DNA of 64,000 nt from a virus. Position 1 is the first letter of the stretch. Every line of letters begins with the position of its first letter. The notes under the pieces are model-generated. The model was not told where the DNA came from. It worked only from the letters and a program-made list of their open reading frames with translations, and ran no database searches. The stretch covers positions 3,055-67,054 of IMG/VR virus record IMGVR_UViG_3300020183_000065; one strand, written 5' to 3'. This document shows positions 59,185 to 64,000 of the stretch, in pieces. A program made the translations under genes and the position numbers.

Positions 59185-60360
59185 ATGGAAGAACAAAAGT
59201 ATTATTTTAAAATTTCACCAGAAAATATAAAAGGTGATTTAATTACAGTGACATATACGGGTGACGGTGAAACATTTTACACTATTGATCCGTGTTGTTT
59301 ATTTACCGCCTCCACAATTGAGTATTTAACGGGAACAACAGGTGTTTATACCGGTATGACCAATATATTAAGTGGTGGTACTAACGGAACTTCACTATTA
59401 ACCGGATTAACAGTACCAATTTTATTTACACAAACAGCAATTGATATTGGGTACTATTCCACATTTGATGGAGCTATTCTACAAAAAGATGTTATTCAGA
59501 ATTTTTTATTTTCAGGATCAACATCAACACCAACAACATATTCGTTATATAACACCTCAGACTTGGAATTTAAAAAGTTTTTAGAATTGGTATCATATTC
59601 TGTGGATTGGGGTGATGGAACATCACAATCAATTAGTGGAACCACACCAGTTACACATGTCTATCCACTAACAAATGAAACGTTTACAATTGTTATGACC
59701 GCAACATCACCATGGGGTATATCTACCGTATCAAAAACGGTAACAGTACCATTTACTAATGTGGTACCATTTAACCCACAAGGAACCGCCACTTTCACAC
59801 CATCAGGTGGTAATTGGTCCGGTACACCAATAAGTTACGATTATATTTTTACCGGTGATTCAAATACCGACATAAATGATTTTGTTAGTAGTAATTACAT
59901 ATCAGTCCCATTTTTAGTGACAGGTTATACTGAATCAACAGTTAATGATTTGATTCAGTATGGACCAAAATATAATCTATTTGGTGGTAAATTTAAATTA
60001 GGCATCCCAGTTACCGGAACTTCTGGTAATGTTGGAATATATTGGGGACCAGACCCCACAGGATCATATACCGCTTATACCATAAGTGATATTGATTATT
60101 ATGATTATGAGGACGGGACAACAATATATATTACACAATCATCCGGATTGACCATAAACGATATGATATTGTCAGCGATAACAAAAAATGAAAGTTATTT
60201 AAATATTATCGATCAACCAGAAGTACAAACAAATGTCTATGTTGATCGGGGAAAATTAACAGCTCTAGAATATATTGAAAGATTGGGGGAGGTTGATAAT
60301 TTAGGTGACTTAACCAAATACGGTTACGGGTTTTTCAAAGTTAAAAACGACTATAATTAG
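59185..60360 (+). CDS. Structural protein with a PKD-like domain
   Basis: YSVDWGDGT....THVYP is a PKD signature. Confidence 0.6.
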   Translation: MEEQKYYFKISPENIKGDLITVTYTGDGETFYTIDPCCLFTASTIEYLTGTTGVYTGMTNILSGGTNGTSLLTGLTVPILFTQTAIDIGYYSTFDGAILQKDVIQNFLFSGSTSTPTTYSLYNTSDLEFKKFLELVSYSVDWGDGTSQSISGTTPVTHVYPLTNETFTIVMTATSPWGISTVSKTVTVPFTNVVPFNPQGTATFTPSGGNWSGTPISYDYIFTGDSNTDINDFVSSNYISVPFLVTGYTESTVNDLIQYGPKYNLFGGKFKLGIPVTGTSGNVGIYWGPDPTGSYTAYTISDIDYYDYEDGTTIYITQSSGLTINDMILSAITKNESYLNIIDQPEVQTNVYVDRGKLTALEYIERLGEVDNLGDLTKYGYGFFKVKNDYN

Positions 60361-60396
60361 TATTTATAAATAAATTAAAATTAAAACAAATTAATT

Positions 60397-61305
60397 GTGG
60401 CTACAGGTAATTACGGAACAATAAGAAGTGCGGATGTTAGTCCAGACGATGTTGAAATAATATTAAATTACACACCAAGTAGGGATGATACTGACAATTT
60501 TTTACTACAAAAATTGGACGCTAGTACCATTTTGAGACCATATTTTCATAACAATTTAACTGGTGGAAATACTAATGTTGAAATATTGGGTGGGTTATAT
60601 AATTTAAAGTTACCAGCTGATGTATTTAACAAATTAGGTATTTACACACTATATATTAGACCAGCTGAAATTAGGACAGTCATAACCGATTGTGGGATAT
60701 TATCATCACTACCAAATGTCAAAGGATTGGTTATAGATTTAAATAATGTACCAACACAATATAGAAATAAATTTATAAACCAAGGATTAGTCGGATTTAG
60801 AGTTGAATACCTAAATTCCGATGGAACAAAGATACCTAATTTTTTTAGGATAATAACCTCATCATTTTATTGTGAACCGGTATATCAAAATTTAACAAAT
60901 ACATCCCAAAAATCTATTAGGTATAGATATGTTGAAGGAGCCACAAATTTAATATTTTGCACTTTATCACCATCATCATCACCAACCAATAAACCAAACG
61001 CTACTCCGTTTATAGGTCAACCAGATCAAAATATAATAATAACAAATACATTTTTTAACCCAATAACAACTGAGATTGAAATTGTGGAACACGACATATC
61101 AACGTTAGCTATCGCTATGTTTGGTAATCAAACAAAATCAATTGACGACGGGATTTACACAATGTACGATAAAAATAACAATATTTACAAACAATATAAC
61201 CTTTACGAAATTAGGGATCAATTTAATGACCTACTTTATGAGGTTAGACAAGATAGGGGTGGTAATATTGATTTTAGTAAAAGTTTTTCTAACATAATCG
61301 CGTAA
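60397..61305 (+). CDS. Putative virion structural protein
   Basis: 302 aa, GTG start, TATTTAT at 60361. Confidence 0.55.
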   Translation: MATGNYGTIRSADVSPDDVEIILNYTPSRDDTDNFLLQKLDASTILRPYFHNNLTGGNTNVEILGGLYNLKLPADVFNKLGIYTLYIRPAEIRTVITDCGILSSLPNVKGLVIDLNNVPTQYRNKFINQGLVGFRVEYLNSDGTKIPNFFRIITSSFYCEPVYQNLTNTSQKSIRYRYVEGATNLIFCTLSPSSSPTNKPNATPFIGQPDQNIIITNTFFNPITTEIEIVEHDISTLAIAMFGNQTKSIDDGIYTMYDKNNNIYKQYNLYEIRDQFNDLLYEVRQDRGGNIDFSKSFSNIIA

Positions 61306-64000
61306 TGGCTATAAAAAAATATACTTGTCCACCACAATTACCAAGCGGGGAAGGTTCATTTTCGGACAACCTAGTTGGATTCCAGTTAGTAGCTGGTGGT
61401 GGATTAACACAAGCAAATTTTGAGTTTACAACCGCGTTAAGTGAAAAAAGAGACAGAACATTTACGATAGGATCATTTTCTGATCCGATATCACTAGATT
61501 CAATGAATATTGATGACATTGAAGAGACCAGAACAATACTAGCTAAAAACTTCAGAGTTTACCCTAATTTTGACTTATCACAAGTTAGTAATTTCACATT
61601 ATATGGATCTCTAAGTAAGAGAATGTCAGTTTCTGTAACTAAAATAATTAATTTTTTTCCAGCCGCTTTACAAGTTTACAGTCAACAACCTAATTTTGGA
61701 ACATATTATAGTGCTTTTAATATTATTTATGATCAGATTGAAAATGAAACAACTTTTGATATTAATTTAGAAAATTTATATAATACATTTGACATTGATT
61801 TTACAATAAATTCTGATAGAAACTTCCAATTAAAAGAGATTGAAGTATCACCACTTAGAAATTTTACAAAAAACTATTTAAAATATTCATTGTATTTTTA
61901 TGACATTGAATACCCTGTTGTTTATTTTAACCCAATAAATCGATCAGTTGATACAAAATTAACAATTGTTGTTCTTGGGAATCCATTTTCTGGTAACACA
62001 ACTATTACCGACCCATATAATATTAGACCAAATAAATTAACAACTGATAAATCATTTAATGAGGATTTTGATGAGGTTGAAAAATTTCTATTAAATAGGA
62101 TGGTAGTACCCGAATACACCGCTACATTCATTGTACCTAGAGAAAATGAAGACGGGTCATTTAGTATTACAAATGAAATTTTGACATTCCCCAAAGAAGG
62201 ACCTTGGAATTTAGATATTAAAACTAGAAAATTTGAAGAATACCTATCAAAGTTAAATGAATACTCAAATTTATTAGATGAATATAGGACAAATTTAATA
62301 TCTAGATTTTTAACAACCGGTGCGTTAAAAGAATTTGACACACCAGACCAAAAGTTTGAAAAATTATTACAGATTTATGGAAGAAGTTTCGACGAAACTA
62401 AAAAGTTCATTTCAGCTTTATCCAATATGAATTCTGTAAATTATAATATCGGGAACGACATCCCGTCACAACTTTTAAAAAATTTAGCTCAAACACTAGG
62501 ATGGAAAACAAACATATCCCCAATAAGTAACGACGAATTATTAAATTCTGTATTTAATACGGGATCAAATCAATATACAGGATGGTCAAGGGGTATGACA
62601 CCAGATGAATTAAATTATCAATATTATCGAAATTTAATATTAAATTCATCATACTTATTTAAATCTAAAGGGACTCGAAAATCAATCGAAATATTATTAA
62701 GATTGGTTGGAGCTCCAGAAGCTTTGGTTGAATTTAATGAGCATGTGTATTTAGCTGACCAAAAAATAGACATGGATGAGTTTGGGACACAATACGCTAA
62801 AATTTCTGGTGGAACTTATGTCCAGGAATTACCCACATTGGACACCACAGATATATATTCATTCATGGGAGTTCAGTATACCGGGTTTACAACATCACTA
62901 GTTACATCCGAAGTTAACACAACAATACTTGATTATCCAGTTAATGAAAATGGATACCCGTCAAATCCACAATTCTCAGAAAATTTCTTTTTTCAAATTG
63001 GGGGTGGTTGGTTTGAATCAACACCACAACATAGAATGCCGGAACAAGTTGATTTAACAAACAGTGTGTTTACCGGATCAAATCCGAATTACCAAACAAT
63101 ATTACAACCATTTAATTATGGTGAAGAATACCTAAATAGATATAGAGACTTTCCATATATGGATTTAGGGTTTAGACTTAGAAAAACAATTGACAATAAT
63201 AAAAGTTGGTCAAATGATATTGGATCATTAAGAAATACCAGTGATGGTAATTTTAACTCCTATTACGTTGCTTACGATGAAAATCTAGTATTAAACGTTA
63301 AAAATGTGGACATATTTTTAAACCCATCACAAGGACTGGTTTATGATGTTTGGTCAATGTCAAGAAGATACAACTACCCAATACCTGAAGAAGGATTAAA
63401 TTATGTAACACCAACATATTGTAATCCAAATCCAAACACACCATACCCACAAAGAGGGGGTATTGACTGGACCGAAATAATACCAAAACCAAAACAAAAA
63501 ACATTTTTCGAATTTGCTCAAACATTTTGGAAAAATACAATTAATGTTAGAAATCGACAATACATTAATGACGGTAAAACAGGTGGATATCCGACATTAC
63601 AGTCAATATACTGGAGATACTTAGAATCACAAGAAACTATAAACGTACCTAACGATAACTTTACATATAAAACCATGATTGACTACGTTAATGGACTTGG
63701 TGACTATTGGTTAAGGTTAGTTGAACAAATGGTTCCAGCTACAACATTATGGAATGGTGGTGTTAGATTGGAGAACTCGATATTTCACAGACAAAAATTT
63801 GTATGGAGAAGACAAGCTGGATGTCAATTATTACCAGTACCATGTAACTCATGTAAAATTACTGGACAAATATTTGTTTATGATTGCCCAACACAATTTA
63901 TTGAGTGTGGTTTATTCCCTTGGAACAATGATAATTTAATAACATCCTTTGGTGTTGTACTATCAAATACACTCAATACTTATACAACTAACAACAATAT
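61305..64000 (+). CDS. Baseplate wedge protein (gp7/P2 gpI-like), 3'-truncated; absent from the ORF track
   Basis: ATG at 61305 overlaps the upstream TAA; begins MAIKKYTCPPQ and contains LLKNLAQTLGW and YLFKSKGTRKSIEILLRLVG (KGT motif); appears to run off the window. Confidence 0.7.
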   Translation, partial: MAIKKYTCPPQLPSGEGSFSDNLVGFQLVAGGGLTQANFEFTTALSEKRDRTFTIGSFSDPISLDSMNIDDIEETRTILAKNFRVYPNFDLSQVSNFTLYGSLSKRMSVSVTKIINFFPAALQVYSQQPNFGTYYSAFNIIYDQIENETTFDINLENLYNTFDIDFTINSDRNFQLKEIEVSPLRNFTKNYLKYSLYFYDIEYPVVYFNPINRSVDTKLTIVVLGNPFSGNTTITDPYNIRPNKLTTDKSFNEDFDEVEKFLLNRMVVPEYTATFIVPRENEDGSFSITNEILTFPKEGPWNLDIKTRKFEEYLSKLNEYSNLLDEYRTNLISRFLTTGALKEFDTPDQKFEKLLQIYGRSFDETKKFISALSNMNSVNYNIGNDIPSQLLKNLAQTLGWKTNISPISNDELLNSVFNTGSNQYTGWSRGMTPDELNYQYYRNLILNSSYLFKSKGTRKSIEILLRLVGAPEALVEFNEHVYLADQKIDMDEFGTQYAKISGGTYVQELPTLDTTDIYSFMGVQYTGFTTSLVTSEVNTTILDYPVNENGYPSNPQFSENFFFQIGGGWFESTPQHRMPEQVDLTNSVFTGSNPNYQTILQPFNYGEEYLNRYRDFPYMDLGFRLRKTIDNNKSWSNDIGSLRNTSDGNFNSYYVAYDENLVLNVKNVDIFLNPSQGLVYDVWSMSRRYNYPIPEEGLNYVTPTYCNPNPNTPYPQRGGIDWTEIIPKPKQKTFFEFAQTFWKNTINVRNRQYINDGKTGGYPTLQSIYWRYLESQETINVPNDNFTYKTMIDYVNGLGDYWLRLVEQMVPATTLWNGGVRLENSIFHRQKFVWRRQAGCQLLPVPCNSCKITGQIFVYDCPTQFIECGLFPWNNDNLITSFGVVLSNTLNTYTTNNN

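Noticed and set aside
1654-63939. Short nested or antisense ORFs in the track (e.g. 3890-4162, 23807-24205, 38741-39121, 42388-42789, 61922-62341)
   Set aside because: They lie within well-supported genes and read as shadow frames with no recognisable motifs.
1-64000. Stop-codon reassignment as in some large Bacteroidota phages
   Set aside because: The standard code gives long intact ORFs, and TAA, TAG and TGA all end genes at sensible positions.
1-64000. tRNA or rRNA genes, integrase, transposase
   Set aside because: Intergenic gaps are short and AT-rich with no cloverleaf seen by eye, and no recombinase or transposase motifs; tRNAscan would be needed to be certain.

Overview
AT-rich, densely coding 64-kb segment of a large contractile-tailed dsDNA phage (T4-like morphogenesis and replication modules, standard genetic code). 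The host is probably a Bacteroidota species: there are two canonical TTTG-N20-TAnnTTTG promoters and A-rich leaders mostly without a Shine-Dalgarno sequence. Gene order: glycosyltransferase cluster (GT9-like, GT60-like, GT-B, two HtrL/YibB-like), fibre/appendage genes, family-B DNA polymerase, a short minus-strand block (neck protein, protease-like::SOD fusion, SNF2 helicase), neck/terminator, sheath, HAD phosphatase, tube, tail chaperone with a probable +1 frameshift extension, tape measure, very large baseplate proteins, a replication block (gp32-like SSB, GT2, RecA, DUF4338/DruA-like, 5'-3' exonuclease, DnaB-like helicase, class II RNR), then further baseplate wedge and structural genes running off the right end. 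The best candidate for an undescribed system is phage-encoded mucin-type O-glycosylation of the virion, pairing a GT60-like initiating transferase and elongating transferases with Pro/Thr-rich inserts in structural proteins. Other leads are a possibly head-packaged SOD, a candidate DNA-modification pair in the replication operon and a conserved TATTTAT upstream motif. All calls come from motif recognition by eye; no searches were run.
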